27,435 nt of DNA from a virus. Its lineage: Duplodnaviria; Caudoviricetes. Positions 15,104 to 23,745 of the stretch are shown here, piece by piece (within the stretch, counting starts at the first letter, position 1; the number at the start of each line of letters is the position of its first letter). The notes under the pieces were generated by a model, which saw only the letters and a program-made list of their open reading frames with translations, searched no databases and was not told the DNA's origin. Both the position numbers and the translations under genes were made by a program. The stretch is taken from IMG/VR virus record IMGVR_UViG_3300020044_005099, positions 1 through 27,435 of that record; one strand, 5' to 3'.

Positions 15104-15483
15104 TTGCGTAATTGGCACTCATACATAACAACAATCCTAGCAGGGTCAAGTGGCATGAACGCAACAACTCGCCACTTAATGCCGGATAACGTAACGGTCA
15201 TGCCGATTTCTGGCGCGCCGCCTTTGTAGAGTAATCGGCAATCGCCGGTCATAATGACAGTGCCGGTCGCTTCAACAAACGCCTGCTTGGTCTCGCCGGT
15301 GTAGTTTAACCGTGCGCAAACACCGGTAACGCTGACAGATGCAACAGGCGCTTGTACATTGCCGTCTGCATCATAGCCACCGCCGGCTGAGCCTTCTTTG
15401 GTTAGCGTGACAGGCGCTCCAAACTTAGTCAGTAGATTTTCTGCCAACGCCTGCATCTTGGAATAAAAAACGGTATCGGTCAT
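15100..15483 (-). CDS. Head closure/stopper protein
   Basis: Synteny after adaptor; A..LL.KFG..VTL, I..GD..LL, WRVV...P and Y..QLR pattern. Confidence 0.78.
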   Translation of the reverse strand: MTDTVFYSKMQALAENLLTKFGAPVTLTKEGSAGGGYDADGNVQAPVASVSVTGVCARLNYTGETKQAFVEATGTVIMTGDCRLLYKGGAPEIGMTVTLSGIKWRVVAFMPLDPARIVVMYECQLRK

Positions 15484-15908
15484 ACAACCAACTTCCCGTA
15501 ATTACCAGAGGCCAGAAACGGGCGCATCAGCATATCCAGTTCTGGCGCTCTTGGCTTAACTGTTGGTGTAGTGCCATCTTGGTATTCGATTTCCTCTTCG
15601 AGTACATCCGCTTTTTGCTTGGTACGCTTAACCACACCTCCGGCAATAGACGCATAATCCAGAGTCAACCGACCAGCCTGCTGAAGCTCAACAGCCTTTA
15701 ATGCGGCCTTGTTGATTGCTGCCAACTCCGCCGTTTCGATTCCTGGCAGTTTGTATTCGTCCGCAAGATTGTAAAAAGTGTTGATAAAGTCAGCGCTCAA
15801 AACCAAGTCTGATTCAATTTTGCCGACATCAATAGTAATGCCGCGAGCGTCTGCATAGGTTTGATATTCTGATTCGGTAACGTAGCTGTCAGTCGCTAGT
15901 GTCGGCAT
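15480..15908 (-). CDS. Head-tail adaptor (DnaT-like phage family)
   Basis: DSYVT..EY..YA.ARG N-terminus, K.DVLE.EY and LMRPFL motifs; GGAGG RBS before ATG 15908. Confidence 0.8.
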   Translation of the reverse strand: MPTLATDSYVTESEYQTYADARGITIDVGKIESDLVLSADFINTFYNLADEYKLPGIETAELAAINKAALKAVELQQAGRLTLDYASIAGGVVKRTKQKADVLEEEIEYQDGTTPTVKPRAPELDMLMRPFLASGNYGKLVV

Positions 15909-16182
15909 TTTTAGCCTCCAGTAATTCAAGCTGCTTCTTCAGGAGGCGGCGTTCAGTATATTTTGCAAGAAAGTACATGATAGCGGCAGGGATTGAAAAC
16001 AGGCTTGCAATGGTTGCCATTGTCCATGTTGTTGGGTCAAAGATGCGGGAGAATTCACCGCCAACTGTACCAATCCACATTAAAACAATGGTCACGGCCC
16101 CACCAACCCACTCAGCGAATCTACTTAACGCCGGATGGTCAATCAACGCCTGTCCGATTTGATGCGCGATGTCGTTGTTCAT
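15889..16182 (-). CDS. Two-TM holin-like membrane protein
   Basis: 97 aa, two hydrophobic helices, charged C-terminal tail (ERRLLKKQLELLE). Confidence 0.55.
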   Translation of the reverse strand: MNNDIAHQIGQALIDHPALSRFAEWVGGAVTIVLMWIGTVGGEFSRIFDPTTWTMATIASLFSIPAAIMYFLAKYTERRLLKKQLELLEAKNADTSD

Positions 16183-16652
16183 CTAATTCTTTCTCTTGCC
16201 TGTTGTATCGCCTGATGAGATACCCACAGTATACGATACCGCCAAGCGAGAATCCAATACTGAGCAGCGCCAGATAATATGCACTCAAGTCGCCGCCCTC
16301 CAATAAGCAGAATTAGCACGTACAAATCCACCGCGCCGACGATGTAACTGAATGAAGTATAATACATTGTTTCCGTTAACGGAAAAGCAAAAGCATCAAC
16401 GGCGGCAAGCCAATATAAGCACCCGCTCAACAACAAAGCATTTCGAATACTTGATAAAAGTTTGATAAATACCGCTCCAGATGCGGCAAGGATTAATCCG
16501 GACAGGCAGTTGTAGTAAATTGGATTGTCGATATACGCAAAGGCAAGCTCAGTAGATAAATAACCGGCAACGATGATTAACCCTTGCCGGTTGAAATATG
16601 AAGCCGCAAGGAATGCAGCTATCATTATGGTGTCTGCCTGAGTGGCGGTCAT
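16179..16652 (-). CDS. Multi-pass (about 5 TM) membrane protein of unknown function
   Basis: Successive hydrophobic segments over residues ~9-118; ATGA overlaps at both ends. Confidence 0.75.
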   Translation of the reverse strand: MTATQADTIMIAAFLAASYFNRQGLIIVAGYLSTELAFAYIDNPIYYNCLSGLILAASGAVFIKLLSSIRNALLLSGCLYWLAAVDAFAFPLTETMYYTSFSYIVGAVDLYVLILLIGGRRLECILSGAAQYWILAWRYRILWVSHQAIQQARERIR

Positions 16653-16963
16653 TTGCTATCCGGAGCGCGGAAACCTGCGTCGTAAAGCTCGCCAAGCGCA
16701 TCTGTCATTTTCTTGCCAGACATCCAAGGATTCACAGCCAAAGCATCCTCAATAAACTTTTCGCGCTCTGTGCGAAGTTTGCGGAATTTAGTGCCATGCA
16801 GGATGCAAGTAATCGCCCACTCAAATCCTGATTTGTAAGCAACGGTCGCGTGGTCAATAATAATGCATTCAACAGGCGCATTTGCCTCAGCGATGTTCAT
16901 GGCCTCGCATCTAACGCCAACAGGAGGCACCGCACTGCCCCAATCACTACTCTCCCAATCCAT
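16649..16963 (-). CDS. Phage hypothetical protein (W....PPVG..CE...TEREKFI...LYDAGFR type)
   Basis: GGAG RBS 8 nt before ATG 16963; motif pattern recalled from phage accessory proteins. Confidence 0.7.
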   Translation of the reverse strand: MDWESSDWGSAVPPVGVRCEAMNIAEANAPVECIIIDHATVAYKSGFEWAITCILHGTKFRKLRTEREKFIEDALAVNPWMSGKKMTDALGELYDAGFRAPDSK

Positions 16964-16980
16964 CTCATCCACTCCAAATT

Positions 16981-17017
16981 AAAAACCCACCAACAGCATA
17001 CACCGTTAGCGGGCTTT
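16981..17017 (-). terminator. GU-rich intrinsic terminator candidate after the micropeptide gene
   Basis: GCCCGCTAACGGT/GCTGTTGGTGGGT stem pairs fully only on the minus strand (G-U pairs), followed by TTTT. Confidence 0.6.
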
Positions 17018-17036
17018 GTCTAACTCATCGGATGAG

Positions 17037-17096
17037 TCACTTCTTATCCGGCTTTTTCTCGCCGCTGCCTTTCGGTTTTTGCTTTTTAGTTGCCAT
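17037..17096 (-). CDS. 19-aa Lys-rich micropeptide MATKKQKPKGSGEKKPDKK
   Basis: GAGG RBS, ATG 3 nt after the upstream stop; shares 9 identical residues with the 55-aa protein C-terminus. Confidence 0.7.
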   Translation of the reverse strand: MATKKQKPKGSGEKKPDKK

Positions 17097-17099
17097 TTG

Positions 17100-17417
17100 T
17101 TACCTCACATATACGGGTTCAGTTAGCGACGGATTCATGCGACTTGATAGCACATATCCATCATCATAAGTTGAGCTGTAGCCGATTATCTCAGGGAAGT
17201 ATCGACCGACAGCAAGCGCGGTAGTGTCGCCAATTGATACAGTCAAAGACTCGCCATCAACAAACAGCTTGGTCGGTTCTGTGTCTGTAGCGTAAGTCTC
17301 GCCGCCAATCCTAAACTCTATCCGGTCAAAATCAGCTAGGGAGAATCCATCGGCAAACGTGAAGTTAATCACCACCGGATTATCGCGGCCTTTGATGAAA
17401 AAGTTAGCGGCAGTCAT
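17100..17417 (-). CDS. Small beta-sandwich protein, likely fibre adaptor (BppU-N-like)
   Basis: I.KGRDN...F and L..G.Y..EI pattern; co-transcribed with the 765-aa protein. Confidence 0.55.
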   Translation of the reverse strand: MTAANFFIKGRDNPVVINFTFADGFSLADFDRIEFRIGGETYATDTEPTKLFVDGESLTVSIGDTTALAVGRYFPEIIGYSSTYDDGYVLSSRMNPSLTEPVYVR

Positions 17418-17419
17418 AA

Positions 17420-17842
17420 TTACACCGGCGCGATTGTCAGCAGGTTAGCATTCATCACCCAGCTGAATGACTCGCCAACCGCCGGAGAAATGGTAGAGCC
17501 ATAATCCCAGAAGCCAACAAGCTCATCGTTTGTCGCTGTGTCGTTATACATAACAGCATAACGGAATGGAGCGATTGAGCCGCCTGCCGCTGTCCATGTC
17601 GCTGTTGTATTTACCGCAGCAGTGTAAGTTCCTGATGTCTGGCTTGATGATGCTACTGGGACAGCCTGACCACCAGCTGTATAGCCATTGCCACCAGCAA
17701 TCTCGGTAATGTTAGCCTTGACAGTATTTGTCGCAACTGGCGCTGTGTTGGTCAGAATTACCTTAAATGTGTCTGCACTCATGTCGTGCTTTTTCTCTGC
17801 TACAGCCTCAATGAAGCTGTTAAACCGCTGGAATGTTGCCAT
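17420..17842 (-). CDS. Conserved phage structural protein (DTFKVILT...GNGYTAGG...YAVMYNDT...L.G.WDYG)
   Basis: GAGG RBS; motif pattern recalled from virion proteins accompanying head/tail fibres. Confidence 0.7.
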   Translation of the reverse strand: MATFQRFNSFIEAVAEKKHDMSADTFKVILTNTAPVATNTVKANITEIAGGNGYTAGGQAVPVASSSQTSGTYTAAVNTTATWTAAGGSIAPFRYAVMYNDTATNDELVGFWDYGSTISPAVGESFSWVMNANLLTIAPV

Positions 17843-17865
17843 CTTTTTAAACCCTCATGTATAAA

Positions 17866-20163
17866 TTAATTAGCGAATGCCGCAGAAATAGGCACGACAC
17901 CGTAAGACATAGTATAACCGTTTATTCTTACGCTTACAGCGCCCGAATGAGTCAGCGAAGCAATGCCGCCAGAATAACTATATTGCGCACCTGATGCAGA
18001 TAGCAGCCTGTTAAATAGCATCCCAGCATTAGCTGAAGAATAACCTAAGCTGACGCCATCTGCGACTAAAGTATATGTTGCCGCGCCTGTGTCGTATGTG
18101 AGCAATGCAGCGCCGCCAGCATGAGACCATTCAGAGCCGTCAGCCTGCAACAGACTATTGAGTAACAGCTCCGCAGCAGCTGATTGATACTGTAGCGATT
18201 GACCGTCAGCTTGCAGTACCCTGTTCAGCAGTGTTGATGCCTCGCCACCTGAATAGCTCCAAAATGCGCCATCGGCGTTTAGCGTATAGACTGTGCCAAC
18301 AGGGGTATAAGTCAGATTGGCGTCATCGCTAAAGTAATTCCACGCAGCGCCATCAGCATTCAGGGTGTATGTGGCGCCTGTCGTATAAAAACTAGCGATA
18401 ATACCATCACCAACCGCATCAGCAGCAAGCGCTGTTTCCGTATCTGTTTCGTAGTGAATTTTTTGGTAAAGCGGCCAAATCTCCGGCACTATGTCTGACA
18501 CGTTAGCGCTTGCCGCCGCAATGTCTTTAATCCATTGGCGCACGTTGGCATAAGGCGTCGTGTTCTCACCTGAAATTGCCACCAGCATACTATCTGCACC
18601 GGTCAGAGTTTTTAGCTGGTCGATCACCACGTTGTAGCGCGATTTAAAATCGGCCTCTGCGGTTTCTAGTACTGAGTCGCCCTCACCGATCCAAGTTGCT
18701 ACAGCTTCAACGTGACCTGTTGGAGACTCTGCATTATAAAAAGTTAGCATGCGGTTATTCAGTGCCTGACCAGGTTGCCACTGCGACAGCGATGTGCCAC
18801 CAGCGGCAACGCCGATAAACAGCACGGGGCATTCCAGCGCTGCGGTCAGTTGTGTGGCTAACAGCGGGAATATTGAGCCATTGACAGTATATGTATCAAA
18901 TGGATCTGCTGTTGCGACAACTAACGTATTGCTTTCAATGGCGCGCTTATACCACCAGCCAGCAGGGCCAGTGTACGTTTGCGCGTTGTTGGCACGACCT
19001 GAGAAGTTTGACTGCCCCCAGAATAAAAACTTGGCGCCCACTGCGATATTTGCGTGAGTATCTGTTGCCGTTACAAAGTTAGATACTCTGACATCGACAG
19101 CACCTACACCGACTGCCGCACCTGTTAACGTGCCTGAAAATGTGCCGGTTGGCACTGCGTCGATAACCTGCCATGCCCCACCGTTAAACCGCGCCTCGAT
19201 AGTCGCGCCAGCAGTTAAGTCAGTACAAGTGCCGTTGATCGCAATGTTGCCGGTGTTGGTATCCTTATCGCGGGCCAGAAACACGTTAGCGGCTGGATTA
19301 ATCATCAGGATAGTAGGGTTTGACGTTGTGACGATGCCTCTGTCGTTTCCCGATGGGCCTGTACCATCAAGCACGCCGCCAGTTGCAGCGGTGAATATAT
19401 CGTTTGCGTAGTCAGTGAATGCCGCAGCCGTTACACCAGTTAGCGCCCCAGTGCCTGATGCGGTTGAGTCACCGGATGCCATAAAACTAACCGTGGCTGC
19501 TGTGGTGGCGCCAAAAAAATCAACAACGCTATTGCCAAATGCAACGACGTTTTCAATGACGGTTCCTGCTACATCTTTGCGCATACCGCAGTAAGATGCG
19601 GTCGTGCCCGCCTCAATATTGCAGCCAGCTATCACGACATTTCGAGCTGTTACTCCTGCGAATGCTGCTTGGATGCCAGCGCGGTAAGCCCCCTCGACAA
19701 CCGTGTTTTCAATCAGTACCGTGCCGCCGCTGACAGCATTCTGCACGCCATGACGGCCACCACGCAGCCAGCAGCCGCGAATAGTTTGATTTGATACTGC
19801 TGAGCCGGTGTTAATCAGTGACTGTGTTGGGCTGGTGCTGGTGCCGCGCACCTCGATATTTTCAATCGTAAGCTTTGCAGCTCCAGCGCTCGGGATATTG
19901 ATCCCGCCACCAGCTGAAATTATCGCGTGCGGTGCTGTAGGGTCAGTCGGGTCAAACTCTAAGCCAGCAGCTGCACGAATAACCAATTCCATTGCATAAT
20001 TGCCGGAAGTGGCAAGGCCGGTACTCAATCCGCCCGTTGTGGTGATGATTTCGCCAATGTATCTGTCGCCAGCTCCACCGGTGCGCGCAGCAAACCAAGT
20101 CTGATAGTTGGCAAAATCAGCACCTGAACCGGATGCGCCTATCGTTTTAATTACATCAGCCAT
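17866..20163 (-). CDS. 765-aa modular virion fibre/spike: beta-helix-like N-terminus, Ig-like linker, SGNH/sialate-O-acetylesterase-like domain, C-terminal repeats
   Basis: GGAGG RBS before ATG 20163; FWGQSN, A.GGTS...W, WIGEGD and IHY esterase blocks; six L.ADG..W.YSG..A.L repeats. Confidence 0.75.
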   Translation of the reverse strand: MADVIKTIGASGSGADFANYQTWFAARTGGAGDRYIGEIITTTGGLSTGLATSGNYAMELVIRAAAGLEFDPTDPTAPHAIISAGGGINIPSAGAAKLTIENIEVRGTSTSPTQSLINTGSAVSNQTIRGCWLRGGRHGVQNAVSGGTVLIENTVVEGAYRAGIQAAFAGVTARNVVIAGCNIEAGTTASYCGMRKDVAGTVIENVVAFGNSVVDFFGATTAATVSFMASGDSTASGTGALTGVTAAAFTDYANDIFTAATGGVLDGTGPSGNDRGIVTTSNPTILMINPAANVFLARDKDTNTGNIAINGTCTDLTAGATIEARFNGGAWQVIDAVPTGTFSGTLTGAAVGVGAVDVRVSNFVTATDTHANIAVGAKFLFWGQSNFSGRANNAQTYTGPAGWWYKRAIESNTLVVATADPFDTYTVNGSIFPLLATQLTAALECPVLFIGVAAGGTSLSQWQPGQALNNRMLTFYNAESPTGHVEAVATWIGEGDSVLETAEADFKSRYNVVIDQLKTLTGADSMLVAISGENTTPYANVRQWIKDIAAASANVSDIVPEIWPLYQKIHYETDTETALAADAVGDGIIASFYTTGATYTLNADGAAWNYFSDDANLTYTPVGTVYTLNADGAFWSYSGGEASTLLNRVLQADGQSLQYQSAAAELLLNSLLQADGSEWSHAGGAALLTYDTGAATYTLVADGVSLGYSSANAGMLFNRLLSASGAQYSYSGGIASLTHSGAVSVRINGYTMSYGVVPISAAFAN

Positions 20164-20206
20164 GCGCCCTCCATTTGATGCCAATAGTTTAGCGGATTAT
20201 TGCGCC

Positions 20207-20233
20207 AATAAAAAGGGCGCAATTAAGCGCCCT
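20207..20233 (-). terminator. Intrinsic terminator after the 55-aa gene
   Basis: AGGGCGC-TTAATT-GCGCCCT followed by TTTTATT. Confidence 0.85.
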
Positions 20234-20254
20234 GATTAAACATGCAGAAACATA

Positions 20255-20422
20255 TCAGCCTTTAGGCTTTTGCTTCTTTGTGGCGTCTTCGTCAACAGGT
20301 GGGCCTTCTTCAGCTGGTGCAAATACAGCATCCACGATTTTAAAGCCTTTGCCAACCAATTCAGCCTTTCGCTCTGCGCTTACAGGATGCTGTTCGTAAA
20401 TAACTTTTTTCTCTTTAGACAT
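20255..20422 (-). CDS. 55-aa capsid-associated small protein (MSKEKKVIYEQHPVSAERKAELVGKGFKIVDAVFAP...ATKKQKPKG)
   Basis: GAGG RBS; directly after the capsid gene; YE.HPVS.ERKAEL...G.KI.DA.F pattern recalled from post-capsid genes; missed by the ORF track. Confidence 0.8.
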   Translation of the reverse strand: MSKEKKVIYEQHPVSAERKAELVGKGFKIVDAVFAPAEEGPPVDEDATKKQKPKG

Positions 20423-20431
20423 ATTAACCTC

Positions 20432-20455
20432 AAAAGAAAGCGGGGCGAACCCCGC
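20432..20455 (-). terminator. Intrinsic terminator after the major capsid gene
   Basis: GCGGGG-TTCG-CCCCGC followed by TTTCTTTT. Confidence 0.85.
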
Positions 20456-20460
20456 ATTAA

Positions 20461-21432
20461 TTACGCTTTCGCTTCGTCGCCGATAGTAACAACACCGGCA
20501 GTCATCTTGATGTCAGTAGCAACTTTATCCCAGTTCGAACCGGTCCCTAATTCTGCATCAGTTGGAGACTTGCCGCCGTTCGTCTCATCCCATGTATAGC
20601 CTTTCAAGCCTAAGCCGAAAGTGTAATCTACTTGCATGGTTGTTTCGATGCGGGTCTGACCGTTGTTGGTTTGGATGTTGCTGATAACATCGCCAGCATC
20701 GTGAACGATGGCGGCAGAATCAACCAGTGACAAGGCGTAAACCTTGTTTGGCGTGCCAGCAACGCGCAAGCCTGGAGCGTCAGTTACAATCATCGCCTTA
20801 CCAAGAATATCAACAACGCGCACGTTCTGAGACTGGAACAGCTGCGGAGTATTGGTCAGGTTGTCGCCAATCAGCTTGTGGTATACAGCACCGGTTACGA
20901 CAGTTGCAACCAAATCGCCTGACCGGTCGCCAAACTTAGCGTGCGCACCGTTCATGCTGGTGTAGTTGATACCGGCAGTCGCTGATACGTCATTGGTTGC
21001 AGACGCTTGGTTTGCGATAGCTGCGCGTAATGCCGTGATAGCTGTATTGAGCTGGTCAGCTAACAGTGCTTCGGCAAAGTTACGGCTTGCCACTTCAATG
21101 CCGCGAGCAGTTGGCATTGTCAGCCAAGTCATTTGACCAGGCTCAAAACGGATTGGGCCAAAACCGCCAGCCACTTTCACAGTGCTGTGTTTCAGCTGCG
21201 TTAAGTCGGTTGCTGACGCTGAAGCCTGAGCAGCGTAACGGTCAACACGGCGCTGAGCTGAATGGATAGCTGCAAAGAATGACTCTTGCAGGAAATCACC
21301 GGTAAAGCCAGTTGTAGTCAGTCGAATAGCGCCATTTGATGCCTGGTTGAACTTGTCGATCATCTGACCTAAAGTCTCAATGGTGGCAGGCATGATGTAT
21401 TCGTTAAAAACTTGCATTTGTGATAATGCCAT
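20461..21432 (-). CDS. Major capsid protein (HK97 fold, SPP1 gp13-like family)
   Basis: 323 aa after scaffold; FNQASNGAI.L, LGLKGY.WD..NGGKSPTDA.L.TG.NW motifs; GAGG RBS; strong terminator downstream. Confidence 0.93.
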   Translation of the reverse strand: MALSQMQVFNEYIMPATIETLGQMIDKFNQASNGAIRLTTTGFTGDFLQESFFAAIHSAQRRVDRYAAQASASATDLTQLKHSTVKVAGGFGPIRFEPGQMTWLTMPTARGIEVASRNFAEALLADQLNTAITALRAAIANQASATNDVSATAGINYTSMNGAHAKFGDRSGDLVATVVTGAVYHKLIGDNLTNTPQLFQSQNVRVVDILGKAMIVTDAPGLRVAGTPNKVYALSLVDSAAIVHDAGDVISNIQTNNGQTRIETTMQVDYTFGLGLKGYTWDETNGGKSPTDAELGTGSNWDKVATDIKMTAGVVTIGDEAKA

Positions 21433-21445
21433 GATCGAACCTCAT

Positions 21446-22162
21446 TTATGTTGGTAAATTAAATCTCTGTGCAATAGCAGCCTCTCGCGCTTTGCGGTCG
21501 CCGCCAAGATTGCCCTTACCAGATGAGGCACTGCCGCCACTGTTAGAGCCATTCGCACCGCCAGCGCCGTTAGTGGCAATTGCGGCTTTTACTAAGTGTT
21601 TGAACTTGCCTTCTTTCGTCAGCATCGCTTCAAACTCTGACCGATTGACGCTTAAGGCACTGCCAGAAGCATCTAAAAAGTATTCTTTGCCCGTTTCAGG
21701 GTCAACCTTTACGCGCTGTTTAATCAGCTCTGCAATCACTTCAGCAGCGTCTTTATCAACTGCGAGGTTTGCACCGATTGTATCAGCAATGCCTGAAGCC
21801 TTGGTGTCTGCCTGCTTCTGGCTTAATTCTTTGGTGACAGCTTGACGAGTTTCAGCCTCTACGCGAGTGCGCAAATCTGACATCTGCTGTTCAAACCGCT
21901 CTTTAATCGCCTTCACATCGCCTTTGCTTTCAGCTTCAGCTAATGCCTTGTCTCTTGCTGCCTGAATCTCAGCTGCTTTTTGCTGCTCAGCTGCTGTCAT
22001 CTTCGACTCGATGTCTTTGTACTTGGCATCGAGATTATCTAGGCTAGACTTCAGCCCTTTTACTTTCAGCTCAGCCTGTGGCACATAAGCGCCCTCATGC
22101 TGCACGTAATCAGACTTCACAAAGTCCGGCAATGTTTCAAACTGTTCTTGTGTTAATGGCAT
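21446..22162 (-). CDS. Capsid scaffolding protein
   Basis: Charged coiled coil, Gly/Ser-rich linker and short C-terminal helix; between portal and capsid. Confidence 0.88.
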   Translation of the reverse strand: MPLTQEQFETLPDFVKSDYVQHEGAYVPQAELKVKGLKSSLDNLDAKYKDIESKMTAAEQQKAAEIQAARDKALAEAESKGDVKAIKERFEQQMSDLRTRVEAETRQAVTKELSQKQADTKASGIADTIGANLAVDKDAAEVIAELIKQRVKVDPETGKEYFLDASGSALSVNRSEFEAMLTKEGKFKHLVKAAIATNGAGGANGSNSGGSASSGKGNLGGDRKAREAAIAQRFNLPT

Positions 22163-22227
22163 AGGTACAACCTTGCTTTAGTTTCATCCTGCTGCATACG
22201 ATGCAGCGCTTTGTCAATAATAAACCT

Positions 22228-23703
22228 TTATACAACAGCGGTCAAACTGCCGGACTCCTCTTGCTCAGCAAGAATTGTCTCAACATCCGAGACGGTTACA
22301 CCGCCACGCACAAGCAGGCGCACAGCCTCAGTGCGTGAGTACAATGCAGCGGTATAGTTGTCGCGGATTTCCTTCTGCTCTTGCGGTGTCAGTTTAGCCC
22401 GTGCAAACTCAGTTGGAAGGTCAATGACTACTTGTTCTAGCTGCTGCTCAATCGCATCTTGCGCCCATAAACCTTCGAACATGCCGCAGTATGAAACTAC
22501 GCGACGAAAGCAAGCCTCGAGATTATCAGCAAGCGTAACGAGCCGGCTAGTGACTTCGCTGGATTCGTTTTCTGACTGAGTGGCGGTTTTAGTTGCAGAG
22601 CCTTCACCTGACGGCCAGACCCCGCCAAGACCGATAATCTTCTGCTTGTTCGCCTCGAAATAACGCTCAAAACCTTCGAGGCTGATTGATGGGTTTAGAG
22701 TGCCCATCTCAACACCAAGCGGGAGGTTGTTCATTGCGCGAGCGCCGAAAGCTATGTATTCACGATTGCCATTCATTAGCTGGAATTGCCCCCAGCCTTG
22801 GTCAGTCCAGCCTGTCGTGTAGCTGGTTGGGCAGATGTTTTTAATGGTTTCTTTGTAGTCAGCGCTGACACGGTAACGTTCAAGACATGCAGTGGCAATC
22901 GGAGACAGCAAGCCAAGCGCTTTAGGCATTGAGCCTGCTGGCTGCTCAATATCTGCGACAACTTCTACAGGAAGCCATTTGAGCGCAGTGCCGCCGACAG
23001 TGACATATCTGCGCTCAGCATCTCGTTGAGTGACTAACTCATCATCAAACTTCTGCCAGTAATAATTGCCATCTTCATCCAGCGCCATAACCAGATATTC
23101 GGTTTTGTCATCGCGCCCGCCAGTGACTTGATTTAGCTCTGTGCGCTTCTCCATCATCTTTAAGTAAGACAGCTGCATCACACCACCAATGCGGCGGAAG
23201 TCCCAGTCTAAAACAGACTCTCGATTGTAGGTCTTGATCGCTGCGCGGATTCCTCTTGATGCAGCCTGTGCTTGAGACATGTTTTCGCCAGGTAATGGAG
23301 CATTCATATACTCAGCAACCAGCAAATGCCAACCAACTTGCATAACATTTGATGCGGTCTGCTCAATCAATCCAGCCAGTGATACGCCGTCACCGTCTGC
23401 GTTTTGAGTCAGGTAGTTTAACCGGTCTGGAAAATCAAACTCAGCGTCTGTCAGCTTCATCCTACCGAGGAAAGACTTCAGCGTCTGCTGCGTGATTTCA
23501 TCGAATTCAGCGCCTGCCAAATACTCAGCATAACGCTGCTTAGCTGCATCACTTGATTGGTCAATCTGTGACGGATGCGGCAGGTAAGTGTATCGCTCAT
23601 TCTTTACAAAGAAGCCACCAAGCACACAATCCCGAACAGATTTTAGCGCTGGCTGAATGGTTGCATAATCAGGATGCGTTGTCGTTGAATTCGCGGTTGC
23701 CAT
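22228..23703 (-). CDS. Portal protein (DUF4055/SPP1-like)
   Basis: 491 aa; HPDY, YLPHP, RY..YL..A.F, NADGDG.SL and KTATQ motifs. Confidence 0.9.
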   Translation of the reverse strand: MATANSTTTHPDYATIQPALKSVRDCVLGGFFVKNERYTYLPHPSQIDQSSDAAKQRYAEYLAGAEFDEITQQTLKSFLGRMKLTDAEFDFPDRLNYLTQNADGDGVSLAGLIEQTASNVMQVGWHLLVAEYMNAPLPGENMSQAQAASRGIRAAIKTYNRESVLDWDFRRIGGVMQLSYLKMMEKRTELNQVTGGRDDKTEYLVMALDEDGNYYWQKFDDELVTQRDAERRYVTVGGTALKWLPVEVVADIEQPAGSMPKALGLLSPIATACLERYRVSADYKETIKNICPTSYTTGWTDQGWGQFQLMNGNREYIAFGARAMNNLPLGVEMGTLNPSISLEGFERYFEANKQKIIGLGGVWPSGEGSATKTATQSENESSEVTSRLVTLADNLEACFRRVVSYCGMFEGLWAQDAIEQQLEQVVIDLPTEFARAKLTPQEQKEIRDNYTAALYSRTEAVRLLVRGGVTVSDVETILAEQEESGSLTAVV

Positions 23704-23745
23704 TGGTCAGCCCTGTAGTTTTGATTGTGTGAGTATAGCGCAGCG

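Noticed and set aside
22189-22217. Perfect TTGACA upstream of the scaffold gene
   Set aside because: No -10-like hexamer at 16-18 nt spacing, so not called as a sigma70 promoter
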